From NCBI GenBank assembly GCA_049190315.1, contig JAIVWD010000003.1, positions 1 to 41,140 on the forward strand: a DNA stretch of 41,140 bases, in the 5' to 3' direction. This DNA comes from Deltaproteobacteria bacterium (GTDB lineage Bacteria; Desulfobacterota; Desulfobacteria; Desulfobacterales; ETH-SRB1). The notes under the pieces were generated by a model. That model was not told the DNA's origin. It made no database searches and saw only the letters and a program-made list of their open reading frames with translations. Positions 6,356 to 14,171 of the stretch are shown here, in pieces. Both the position numbers and the translations under genes were made by a program. Numbering within the stretch: the first letter of the stretch is position 1; every line of letters begins with the position of its first letter.

Positions 6356-8061
6356 TTCTTCAGGCATTGAGCAGTTATTATGACAGGTTAGAAAAAAATA
6401 CCAATGTGGCTATACCTCTCTTGGGATTCAGTAGTAAGGGAATCAATTTTGCTTTATTGCTCAATCATGAGGGGAAATTGCTTCAGATTCTTGACTTGAG
6501 AGAAACACAGGGAAAAAGATTATTGCCCAAACAGATGATTGTTCCAGAGGCAGTGATTAAATCAGTAAATATTGCCTCAAATTTCATGTGGGACAACACA
6601 GGGTATGTCCTTGGGGCAGATAATAAGGGGAAACCCAAAAGATCCGTGGAAACCTTTGAGGCGTTCAAGAAACTTCATCATGATATTGGTGAAGGGCTTG
6701 ATGATGAAGGCATGATAGCTGTCCTGCAATTTCTGGATTCATGGAATCCTGCGGATGCACCGGAATTGAAATATTGGGATGATATGGTGACAGGGGCGAA
6801 CCTCGTCTTTCAATTGGATGGTGAACTTCGTTACATTCATGATCGGCCAAAGATCAAGGATGCCTGGTTGAAACATTATTCCAAAAATAGTTCAGGAGTT
6901 GTTGCCACATGCCTTGTCTGCGGGGAAGAAAAACCAGTTGCTCGGTTGCATCCTAAAATAAAGGGGGTTAGAGGGGCTCAAACTGCCGGGGCAGCCATTA
7001 TTTCATTTAATCTGGAGGCCTTTCTGTCTTACGATAAAAAACAAAATTTCAATGCGCCCGTCAGCGAGGACATAACCTTTGCCTATACTACTGCGCTCAA
7101 CCATCTTCTCCGCTTTGAAAGTCGCCAGAAAGTCCAGATTGGTGATGCTGCTACGGTTTTTTGGACAGAGAGAGAGTCGCCGATAGAAGGGTTTATGGGG
7201 ATGATTTTTGACCCACAGGATGATTCTGGAGATACAATGGATATTCGCCTGTTTCTGGAGGCAGTAAGGGATGGGAAGATGCCATCAGAAATCGGTGATC
7301 CGGACATTAAATTTTACATTCTTGGTCTTTCTCCCAATGCTTCCCGACTTTCCGTTCGATTTTGGCATGTGAGCACAGTTGGAGATATAGGTGCCAAGAT
7401 TGGTCAACACTTTAAAGACCTGTCCATAATTAAGAATTACGACAGCGATCCGGAATTTCCGGGTATGTGGCAACTTTTAAGGGAAACCGCGATGTTGCGA
7501 AAATCGGACAATATTTCTTCAGTGCTTGCAGGGTCGGTTATGCGCTCAATATTAACAGGCACTGCTTATCCTCAAAGTTTATTGACGGCAATCATAAATC
7601 GCATACGAGCGGATCAAACAGTAAACTATCTGCGTGCGGCACTGATAAAGGCGTGTCTGGTTAGAAAATATCGTATTACCAATAAATCTATGGAGGTAAC
7701 TATGGCATTAAATAAAGAATCAACAGACATTGCGTACCTGCTGGGCAGACTTTTTGCTGTCCTTGAAAAGGCCCAAAAAGACGCCATTCCTGGTGCAAAT
7801 ACAACCATCAAGGACCGTTTTTACGGCTCTGCGTCTGCAACGCCTCGCATTGTATTCCCGCAATTGCTCAGGTTAGCCCAGCATCACATTCAAAAAGCTG
7901 AATACGGGCGCAATACTGACAAAATAATTGAGGAGATCATGCAGGGCATTCAGAAATTCCCCGCTCATTTGAGTTTGGACGATCAGGGTCTGTTTGCTAT
8001 CGGGTATTACCATCAAAGAAAGGCATTCTATACTGAAACAGCAAAAAATAAGGAGAAATAA
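6352..8061 (+). CDS. cas8c: Type I-C large subunit Cas8c (Csd1)
   Basis: The [14 protein letters not shown]-terminus is typical of Csd1. It sits between cas5c and cas7c and is 569 aa long. Confidence 0.88.
   Translation: MILQALSSYYDRLEKNTNVAIPLLGFSSKGINFALLLNHEGKLLQILDLRETQGKRLLPKQMIVPEAVIKSVNIASNFMWDNTGYVLGADNKGKPKRSVETFEAFKKLHHDIGEGLDDEGMIAVLQFLDSWNPADAPELKYWDDMVTGANLVFQLDGELRYIHDRPKIKDAWLKHYSKNSSGVVATCLVCGEEKPVARLHPKIKGVRGAQTAGAAIISFNLEAFLSYDKKQNFNAPVSEDITFAYTTALNHLLRFESRQKVQIGDAATVFWTERESPIEGFMGMIFDPQDDSGDTMDIRLFLEAVRDGKMPSEIGDPDIKFYILGLSPNASRLSVRFWHVSTVGDIGAKIGQHFKDLSIIKNYDSDPEFPGMWQLLRETAMLRKSDNISSVLAGSVMRSILTGTAYPQSLLTAIINRIRADQTVNYLRAALIKACLVRKYRITNKSMEVTMALNKESTDIAYLLGRLFAVLEKAQKDAIPGANTTIKDRFYGSASATPRIVFPQLLRLAQHHIQKAEYGRNTDKIIEEIMQGIQKFPAHLSLDDQGLFAIGYYHQRKAFYTETAKNKEK
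7702..8061 (+). CDS. cas11c: Probable internally translated small subunit Cas11c (in frame within the cas8c 3' end)
   Basis: GGAGGT (7692-7697) lies 4 nt upstream of the in-frame ATG 7702 ([12 protein letters not shown]...). This gives 119 aa of helical C-terminal domain. Internal Cas11 translation from cas8 genes is reported for type I-C. Confidence 0.55.
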   Translation: MALNKESTDIAYLLGRLFAVLEKAQKDAIPGANTTIKDRFYGSASATPRIVFPQLLRLAQHHIQKAEYGRNTDKIIEEIMQGIQKFPAHLSLDDQGLFAIGYYHQRKAFYTETAKNKEK

Positions 8062-8063
8062 TC

Positions 8064-8951
8064 ATGGCTGAAGCTATTCATAATCGTTACGAATTTGTAT
8101 ATCTTTTTGATGTGGAAAATGGCAATCCCAACGGTGATCCGGATGCAGGCAATATGCCCAGAATAGATCCAGAGACAAGTTATGGGCTTGTCACGGATGT
8201 ATGCCTGAAACGGAAAATTCGTAATTTTGTAGAGATCGTCAAAGGCAATCAATCTCCTCACGAAATCTATATCAGAGAAAAAGCAATCCTGAACCAAACC
8301 CATAAACGGGCACATCAGGCTGTTGGAGTAAAAGATGAGGGTGAGAGCAAAAAACGCAAAGGATCGGGAGCAGATGTTGAAAAGGCCCGTGCCTGGATGT
8401 GCGCCAACTTTTTTGATGTGCGCACTTTTGGCGCTGTCATGTCTACAGGCGTTAATTGTGGGCAGGTCAGGGGGCCTGTTCAACTGAACTTTGCACGTAG
8501 TATAGAATCCATTGTCCCGATGGAAATCAGCATCACCCGTATGGCGGTGACAACGGAAAAAGAGGCCGAACAGCAAAGCGGCGATAACCGAACAATGGGG
8601 CGCAAGCACATCGTTCCTTATGCCCTTTATCGGGCCGAAGGCTATATATCCTCACATTTGGCAACCCAAACAGGATTCACAGAAGAAGATTTAAAGTTGT
8701 TATGGGGAGCACTCATTAACATGTTTGATCATGATCACTCTGCAGCACGGGGGAAAATGAATGCACGCAAATTGATCGTATTTAAACACGACTCAATGCT
8801 TGGAAATGCCCCAGCTCACAAGTTGTTTGACCTTGTAAAAGTAAAACGAGCAACAGATGAATCTATTCCGGCTCGCGCATTTTCAGATTACAATGTTACT
8901 ATAGATCGGAATAATATGCCGCAAGGTATAACTCTCGAAGAAAAGATATAG
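8064..8951 (+). CDS. cas7c: Type I-C backbone subunit Cas7c (Csd2)
   Basis: [47 protein letters not shown] is the Csd2 signature. Confidence 0.92.
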   Translation: MAEAIHNRYEFVYLFDVENGNPNGDPDAGNMPRIDPETSYGLVTDVCLKRKIRNFVEIVKGNQSPHEIYIREKAILNQTHKRAHQAVGVKDEGESKKRKGSGADVEKARAWMCANFFDVRTFGAVMSTGVNCGQVRGPVQLNFARSIESIVPMEISITRMAVTTEKEAEQQSGDNRTMGRKHIVPYALYRAEGYISSHLATQTGFTEEDLKLLWGALINMFDHDHSAARGKMNARKLIVFKHDSMLGNAPAHKLFDLVKVKRATDESIPARAFSDYNVTIDRNNMPQGITLEEKI

Positions 8952-8955
8952 CGCC

Positions 8956-9130
8956 ATGTACACCGAAGACGACCTGCTTCCCATCATCGCTTTGTAACAT
9001 TTCAAAGCGGTCGCGCACCCATGACCAAATAGTGCAGGCAGCGCAGAGCGGTAAACAAAATTACGCCCACGGCGTGACCGAGGGGTGCATGGTCTCAGGA
9101 ACTTGTTCATGGCACCTGTATGGCCAGGAA
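8956..9130 (+). pseudogene. Decayed cas4 5' fragment (diverged duplicate of the cas4 start at 9860)
   Basis: ATGTACACCGAAGACGACCTGCTTCCCATCATCGCTTTGTAA encodes MYTEDDLLPIIAL*, compared with intact Cas4 MYSEDDLIPLSALQ. It begins 4 nt after the cas7c stop, the position expected for cas4. Homology is clear for about 45 nt; beyond that only frameshifted traces remain, so the 3' limit is uncertain. Confidence 0.7.
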
Positions 9131-9195
9131 GATATTTATTCTTGATTGAGCCATAAGCGGTTGAAGGAAAAAAGTAGCAACGTGGAGCAATAACA

Positions 9196-9831
9196 ATGAC
9201 TCGAAAAACAGCAAAAAAAATCGAAGACATAAATTCCGATCTTGGCGAAATCGTATTGTATCAGTCTGAGGACGGGCAGGCCGCACTGGATGTTCATCTT
9301 CAGAATGAAACCGTATGGTTGACTCAGGCGCAGATGGAGAAGCTTTTTCAACGGGACCAATCGGTTATTTCCAGGCATGTGAACAATATTTTCAAAGAAG
9401 GTGAACTGCAACGGCGAGGCAATATGCAAAAAATGCATATTGCAAATTCAGATAAGCCGGTTGCGTTTTATAATCTTGACATCATCATTTCTGTTGGCTA
9501 CCGGGTAAAATCTCAACGCGGTACCCAGTTTCGCATCTGGGCTACCACCATTCTAAAAGACCATCTGGTACGTGGTTATTCGCTTAATCAGCGCAGACTG
9601 GCCGCCCATCTCCTCTACTTCGTGATCAAGGATCATCCTTTCACGGATGGTAACAAAAGGATCGGCTCTTTTCTCTTTCTGTTGTTTCTCAAGAAAAATG
9701 ACTTGCTGGATCAAAAAAGCTTCAGCAACAAGGCGCTCGTAGCGCTTGCCCTTCTGACTGCCGCCAGTGAACCGGGGCAAAAGGAATTGATGATTCGGCT
9801 TATTGTGAACCTTATTTCGGAGGAAGGCTGA
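9196..9831 (+). CDS. RhuM-N-terminal domain fused directly to a Fic/DOC core (apparently an internally deleted RhuM/Fic/DOC family protein)
   Basis: The N-terminus (IVLYQSEDGQAALDVHLQNETVWLTQAQM..., VISVGYRVKSQRGTQFRIWAT) is RhuM-like. The C-terminus carries the Fic motif HPFTDGNKR. At 211 aa it is short compared with the roughly 330 aa I recall for this family. Confidence 0.7.
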   Translation: MTRKTAKKIEDINSDLGEIVLYQSEDGQAALDVHLQNETVWLTQAQMEKLFQRDQSVISRHVNNIFKEGELQRRGNMQKMHIANSDKPVAFYNLDIIISVGYRVKSQRGTQFRIWATTILKDHLVRGYSLNQRRLAAHLLYFVIKDHPFTDGNKRIGSFLFLLFLKKNDLLDQKSFSNKALVALALLTAASEPGQKELMIRLIVNLISEEG

Positions 9832-9859
9832 TACTGAAAAGTTTCAGGATTTTTTTCAT

Positions 9860-10510
9860 ATGTACTCAGAAGACGACCTCATTCCCCTCTCCGCCTTGCA
9901 GCATCTGATTTTTTGCGAGCGGCAGTGTGCCCTGATTCACATCGAGCAGGCATGGGCGGAAAACCTTTTTACTGCTGAAGGCAAAATTATGCATGAACGG
10001 GTTCATGAGGCAGACCGGCAATCCAGAGGCAAGGTTCGCATTGAGTACAGCATGTGGCTTCGTTCATTGCGGCTGGGGCTGATCGGCAGGGCGGATGTCG
10101 TCGAGTTTCATCGGAAGCCGGATTTGTTGAAAGCAGGATCGGAAGTATGGGTACCGTTTCCTGTGGAATACAAACGGGGCAAACCAAAGAAAGATAATTG
10201 TGATAAAGTACAGCTTTGCGCCCAGGCTCTGTGCCTGGAAGAAATGCTAAATGTTGAAGTCCCATGCGGTGCGCTCTTTTACGGAAAAAAACGACGGCGT
10301 ACAGATGTTGTCTTTGATGATTTATTGAGACAGCAGACTGAAGACACTGCAATGCGTCTTCACGAACTGATTGCATCAGGCCGGACTCCAAAACCAGTAT
10401 ATATGAAAAAGTGTGACAGTTGTTCACTTGTCAAGATATGTTTGCCGAAAACTATTGAAAGAAAGCGTTCCGTAAAACGCTACTTATCGGGAGTGATTCG
10501 AGAATCATGA
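9860..10510 (+). CDS. cas4: CRISPR-associated exonuclease Cas4 (RecB-like, Fe-S)
   Basis: N-terminal Cys in LIFCERQCAL. RecB-type core ADVVEF ... VEYKRGK. C-terminal CDSCSLVKIC cysteine cluster. ATGA overlap with cas1. Confidence 0.9.
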   Translation: MYSEDDLIPLSALQHLIFCERQCALIHIEQAWAENLFTAEGKIMHERVHEADRQSRGKVRIEYSMWLRSLRLGLIGRADVVEFHRKPDLLKAGSEVWVPFPVEYKRGKPKKDNCDKVQLCAQALCLEEMLNVEVPCGALFYGKKRRRTDVVFDDLLRQQTEDTAMRLHELIASGRTPKPVYMKKCDSCSLVKICLPKTIERKRSVKRYLSGVIRES

Positions 10511-11538
10511 AAAAACATCTTAATACCCTTTTTGTAACTACGCAGGGAGCCTATCTTGCAAAAGAAGGCGAATCGGTTGTCGTAAGAGTGGAAAAAGAAA
10601 CCCGTCTGCGCATCCCTGTTCATACGTTAGGAGGGATTGTCTGTTTCGGCAATGTTGGTTGCAGCCCTTTTTTAATGGGCTTTTGCGCCGAGCGTGATGT
10701 GGCTATCAGTTTTTTATCTGAGTATGGGCGCTTTCTTGCAAGGGTGCAGGGGCCTGTTTCAGGAAATGTCCTGCTTCGCCGAGAGCAGTACCGCAGGGCA
10801 GATGACATGACATTTTCTGCCCAAATGGCAAGATCTGTACTTACCGGTAAAGTTGCCAACTGCCGCACTGTATTGCAGAGGGCATTAAGAGACCACTCCG
10901 ACAAGCTTGATACAGATCAAGTCAGTCAAGCGTCAAGGCAGATTAGCGGTTCTCTGAAGCGCTTGCAGGAAGATGTACCTTTGAATTCCCTGCGGGGCAT
11001 TGAAGGCGACGCTGCACATGTCTATTTTAAAGTGTTTGATCATCTGATTACCTCTCAAAAACAAGACTTCTTTTTCCAGGATCGAAATCGGCGGCCACCA
11101 TTAGATAATGTAAATTGCCTGCTGTCGTTTTTATACACACTTGTAATGCACGATGTCCGTTCTGCCCTTGAATCTGTGGGATTGGATCCGGCTGTCGGTT
11201 TTTTGCACAGAGACCGTCCCGGCAGACCGGGACTTGCGCTCGACCTGATGGAAGAATTTCGTCCTTTTATTGCAGACCGCTTGACGCTTTCATTGATAAA
11301 CCTTTCACAGGTGCAGAAAAAAGGATTTAAAAATTCAGAATCAGGCGCTGTATTGATGGATGACGAAACAAGAAAAATCGTTTTGGTTGCATATCAGAAA
11401 CGAAAACAGGATGAGATAATGCATCCGTTTATTGAAGAAAAGGTCACAATCGGCTTGTTGTTTCATACGCAGGCTTTATTGCTGGCTCGTTACCTGCGCG
11501 GTGATCTGGATGGTTATCCACCTTTTATCTGGAAATAA
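10507..11538 (+). CDS. cas1: CRISPR-associated endonuclease Cas1 (type I-C)
   Basis: LNTLFVTTQGAYL, GIEGDAAHVYF, NCLLSFLYTL, VGFLHRDRPGRPGLALDLMEEFRP are canonical Cas1 motifs. Confidence 0.95.
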   Translation: MKKHLNTLFVTTQGAYLAKEGESVVVRVEKETRLRIPVHTLGGIVCFGNVGCSPFLMGFCAERDVAISFLSEYGRFLARVQGPVSGNVLLRREQYRRADDMTFSAQMARSVLTGKVANCRTVLQRALRDHSDKLDTDQVSQASRQISGSLKRLQEDVPLNSLRGIEGDAAHVYFKVFDHLITSQKQDFFFQDRNRRPPLDNVNCLLSFLYTLVMHDVRSALESVGLDPAVGFLHRDRPGRPGLALDLMEEFRPFIADRLTLSLINLSQVQKKGFKNSESGAVLMDDETRKIVLVAYQKRKQDEIMHPFIEEKVTIGLLFHTQALLLARYLRGDLDGYPPFIWK

Positions 11539-11574
11539 AATCAAGGAGTTAGTCAATGAGTTTTTACGTTTTAT

Positions 11575-11606
11575 GTCGCCTTGGCGCACGGGGCGTGGAT
11601 TGAAAC
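11575..11606 (+). CRISPR. Solitary type I-C repeat between cas1 and cas2
   Basis: GTCGCCTTGGCGCACGGGGCGTGGATTGAAAC is 32 nt. Its 5' GTCGC and the 3' 13 nt (CGTGGATTGAAAC, including the 11-nt handle) match the repeat at 12165-12196. The stem is weaker (4 WC + 2 GU pairs). No partner repeat lies within spacer distance. Confidence 0.8.
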
Positions 11607-11630
11607 GTGTGGAAATAGAGAGGAAACAAG

Positions 11631-11921
11631 ATGTTTGTACTGGTCAGCTATGATGTCGCCACAAGTAAGGATGGAGGACCGCGCCGTCTGCGCAGGGTGG
11701 CAAAGGCGTGTCTGGATTATGGGCAGCGGGTTCAATATTCCGTTTTTGAGTGCATAGTCGATCCTGCACAGTGGACGGTTCTTCGCCAAAGGTTAATTGA
11801 TGAAATTGACCCGAATGAAGATAGCCTGAGGTTTTATTTTTTAGGATCAAATTGGAAACGTCGTGTAGAGCATGTTGGAGCTAAAAAGGCGGTCGATCAG
11901 GAGGGGCCGTTGATTGTTTAA
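11631..11921 (+). CDS. cas2: CRISPR-associated endoribonuclease Cas2
   Basis: MFVLVSYDVATS... RRVAKAC.DYGQRVQYSVFEC... 96 aa with the typical Cas2 ferredoxin-fold signature. Confidence 0.95.
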   Translation: MFVLVSYDVATSKDGGPRRLRRVAKACLDYGQRVQYSVFECIVDPAQWTVLRQRLIDEIDPNEDSLRFYFLGSNWKRRVEHVGAKKAVDQEGPLIV

Positions 11922-11938
11922 ACCTAAGTTGAGCGATT
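11921..11938 (+). repeat. 18-nt exact direct repeat AACCTAAGTTGAGCGATT, copy 1 (at the cas2 stop)
   Basis: Identical to 18938-18955. It starts on the last base of the cas2 stop codon. Confidence 0.9.
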
Positions 11939-12164
11939 TTTTGCGAACCCGAAGCTTGCAAATGGCTATATCCGCTATTGCACCAGCAGGGGCTTTGCTT
12001 GGTGGCATATATTGCCAAAAGTGGTTCGCACTGCGTGTAATGTGTTGAAAACAAGGAGTTTGCCAAAAATGTTTTTTGACACTCGAAGATATTATACGTC
12101 GAAAAAACAGATTCGCAGAAAACAGCAAATAAGCTTTTTAAATTTAATAAGTTAGACAGAAACA
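11922..12164 (+). promoter_or_regulatory. Putative CRISPR leader
   Basis: A 243-bp non-coding stretch between the cas2 stop and the single canonical repeat. It contains the inverted repeat TGCGAACC (11942-11949) / GGTTCGCA (12023-12030) and becomes A/T-rich toward the repeat. Confidence 0.55.
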
Positions 12165-12196
12165 GTCGCTCCCCATGCGGGAGCGTGGATTGAAAC
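12165..12196 (+). CRISPR. Single canonical type I-C repeat (array reduced to one unit)
   Basis: GTCGCTCCCCATGCGGGAGCGTGGATTGAAAC has a perfect 7-bp stem (CGCTCCC/GGGAGCG), a 5-nt loop and the I-C-typical ...GTGGATTGAAAC 3' end. Confidence 0.9.
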
Positions 12197-12207
12197 CAGC
12201 GTAAAAC

Positions 12208-12235
12208 GTGTTCCCCACAGGCGTGGGGATGAACG
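12208..12235 (+). CRISPR. Single type I-E-like repeat 11 nt after the I-C repeat
   Basis: GTGTTCCCCACAGGCGTGGGGATGAACG has a 7-bp stem (TCCCCAC/GTGGGGA). It follows the GTGTTCCCC...GGGGAT.AAC pattern of I-E repeats (compare E. coli GTGTTCCCCGCGCCAGCGGGGATAAACCG). No further unit follows. Confidence 0.75.
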
Positions 12236-12359
12236 TGGTTATGATGGCAGCATTTCTTTTTTGGCTCCGAAACTTGCTTTGCTCTTCGTGTTCAGGGTGA
12301 TTTTATGATTTCTGAACAAAGTCATAAAGATCGCTTGAGTTTTTGCTCCCTGATTCGAT

Positions 12360-12815
12360 TCAAGGGGAAAGGGTACGGTTTAAGATTCTTATGATTTTGG
12401 GCTGATATTCATCTTTCCTGGATAGCTCTTTTCCTTTTGCTTTAATAAAGAAAAATGCGGCAAGTAGAAATAAAAAACCAACAAGCACCGAAAATATTGA
12501 CTGATCATAATTAAATATCGGCGCGATTTTATCGCCGATAACCACCCCTAATATTAAAAATAAAACCGGAACCATATAAACGAGAAAAGATACTTTTAAT
12601 AATGAAGACGTTTCAAAGCTGATAGTAACCCTGTCATCAACCTTTGCTCCCACAGCATTAATCGCTTCCACCTCCACATCATCATTACTTCCACCTCCCC
12701 CCATAGTATCGCAAAAACCTTTTGCCGAGCATGACTCACAGGCTGCGGATTTAGAGCATTTAACCCATGCCGTAGAAGAATAAACCTTTGTTACAATGCC
12801 TTCTGAGGTTGCCAA
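12360..12815 (-). CDS. RseC/MucC-family (SoxR-reducing system) membrane protein, last gene of the rnf operon
   Basis: N-terminal GIVTKV...AWVKC...CESCSAKGFC cysteine motif followed by two TM helices. It sits directly downstream of rnfA. Confidence 0.7.
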   Translation of the reverse strand: MATSEGIVTKVYSSTAWVKCSKSAACESCSAKGFCDTMGGGGSNDDVEVEAINAVGAKVDDRVTISFETSSLLKVSFLVYMVPVLFLILGVVIGDKIAPIFNYDQSIFSVLVGFLFLLAAFFFIKAKGKELSRKDEYQPKIIRILNRTLSP

Positions 12816-12923
12816 AATATTAGCCTTTATCGTACCTGTTTACAGGTGTCAGAGATTGGGTTTCAGTTAGGTTTTGATTTAATGCGGCGTAAAAATTTAA
12901 GCGGTATTTTTTTCCAGACAAGT

Positions 12924-12968
12924 CAGGGGAACTTTTTGCAATATATTTGATTTGCAAAAGTCCCCCTG
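12924..12968. repeat. Long near-perfect hairpin between rnfA and rseC
   Basis: CAGGGGAACTTTTTGCAA ... TTGCAAAAGTCCCCCTG gives a stem of about 17 bp. No U-run follows on the minus strand. Confidence 0.6.
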
Positions 12969-12980
12969 GTATTTACTATT

Positions 12981-13556
12981 TTATGCCATTCCTTTGAATG
13001 CAAAAAACGCAAGCGCGAGCATTCCAGCGGTTACAAGCCCGATAGCGGTATCTTCGAGCGGTTTTGGGACCCTGGCCAGGAGTACGCGTTCACGCACACC
13101 CGCAAAAAGAACAAGGGCAAGACCAAAACCGACCGCATAACTAAATGATGTGACAAGGCTCTGGACAAATGTATATTCTTCATTAATATTTATAAGACAG
13201 ACCCCCATTACAGCGCAGTTGGTTGTAATAAGCGGCAAAAAGATTCCAAGACCTTTATACAGCGCTGGAATACTTTTTCTTAAGAACATCTCAACAAACT
13301 GTACAAGGGAGGCTATTATAAGGATAAAAGAAATGGTTCTAAGATATTCAAGTTTGAACGCTTTTAAAACATATGCATCGATAAGCCAGGTTATAGAGCC
13401 GGCCATAACAAGAACAAAGATTACAGCCATACCCATTCCAATTGCTGTTTCCATTTTTTTTGATGTGCCCATAAAAGGACAGCAACCCAGATACTGTGCA
13501 AGCAGAATGTTGTTAACAAGGATACAGCTTATCGCAAGGAGTACATAATCGCCCAT
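12981..13556 (-). CDS. rnfA: Rnf electron transport complex subunit A
   Basis: LVNNILLAQYLGCCPFMGTSKKMETAIGMGMAV is the RnfA/RsxA signature. It is polytopic and 191 aa long. Confidence 0.9.
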   Translation of the reverse strand: MGDYVLLAISCILVNNILLAQYLGCCPFMGTSKKMETAIGMGMAVIFVLVMAGSITWLIDAYVLKAFKLEYLRTISFILIIASLVQFVEMFLRKSIPALYKGLGIFLPLITTNCAVMGVCLININEEYTFVQSLVTSFSYAVGFGLALVLFAGVRERVLLARVPKPLEDTAIGLVTAGMLALAFFAFKGMA

Positions 13557-13567
13557 TAGATTTTCTC

Positions 13568-14161
13568 CTATTTATTTCCTGCAAGGTTCATCATGCAGAG
13601 CATAAGCCCAAGACACACAAATGCGCCGGGCGCCTCGACCATGAATATAAAAGGCTGATAAGAGGCACCAAATACAGGTATTCCAAAAAATGTGCCGTTG
13701 CCAAATACCTCCCGTAAAGCGCCGATGGAAACCAGGGAAAGGGTAAACCCGATGCCTATTCCAAACCCATCCGCTATTGAAGCGACAACGCCGTTCTTGT
13801 ACGCAAATGCCTCGGCGCGTCCAAGCAAAATACAGTTAACGACAATAAGGGGTATGAAAATTCCAAGCTTTAAAAAAAGCGCATATGTATAAGCCTGCAT
13901 AAGAAGTTCTACAACAATAACAAATGTTGCAATAATAACGATAAAACAGGCTATTCTTACTTTTGAAGGAATTATGTTCCGCAGTAATGAAACAAGTATA
14001 TTTGAACATACCAGAACAAAGATTACAGCCATTCCCATTCCCAGTCCGTTTTCTACAGATTTAGTAACAGCAAGAACGGGACAGAGGCCTAACACAAGCC
14101 TGAATGGTGGTATCTCATCCCACAAACCTTTGACGAATTCCTGAGTGATAGTCTTAGCCAT
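13568..14161 (-). CDS. rnfE: Rnf complex subunit E
   Basis: FRLVLGLCPVLAVTKSVENGLGMGMAVIFVL is the RnfE/RsxE signature. Confidence 0.9.
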   Translation of the reverse strand: MAKTITQEFVKGLWDEIPPFRLVLGLCPVLAVTKSVENGLGMGMAVIFVLVCSNILVSLLRNIIPSKVRIACFIVIIATFVIVVELLMQAYTYALFLKLGIFIPLIVVNCILLGRAEAFAYKNGVVASIADGFGIGIGFTLSLVSIGALREVFGNGTFFGIPVFGASYQPFIFMVEAPGAFVCLGLMLCMMNLAGNK

Positions 14162-14171
14162 CTTTTACTCC

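Noticed and set aside
11655-11660. A GTCGCC word 48 nt after the solo repeat could be the start of a partner repeat.
   Set aside because: It lies in the highly conserved Cas2 N-terminal coding region (YDVATS). No repeat-like hairpin or handle follows.
11847-12128. A 93-aa minus-strand ORF spanning the cas2 3' end and the leader, plus other ORFs antisense to cas genes (e.g. 576-920, 1052-1450, 5720-6178, 8028-8609, 9987-10427).
   Set aside because: These are shadow ORFs opposite well-supported genes, with no SD, no recognisable motifs and odd composition.
12288-12317. GTGTTC...GAAC downstream of the I-E-like repeat could be a second I-E unit.
   Set aside because: The spacing is wrong (80 nt from the first unit's start rather than about 61), there is no hairpin, and the interior is unrelated.
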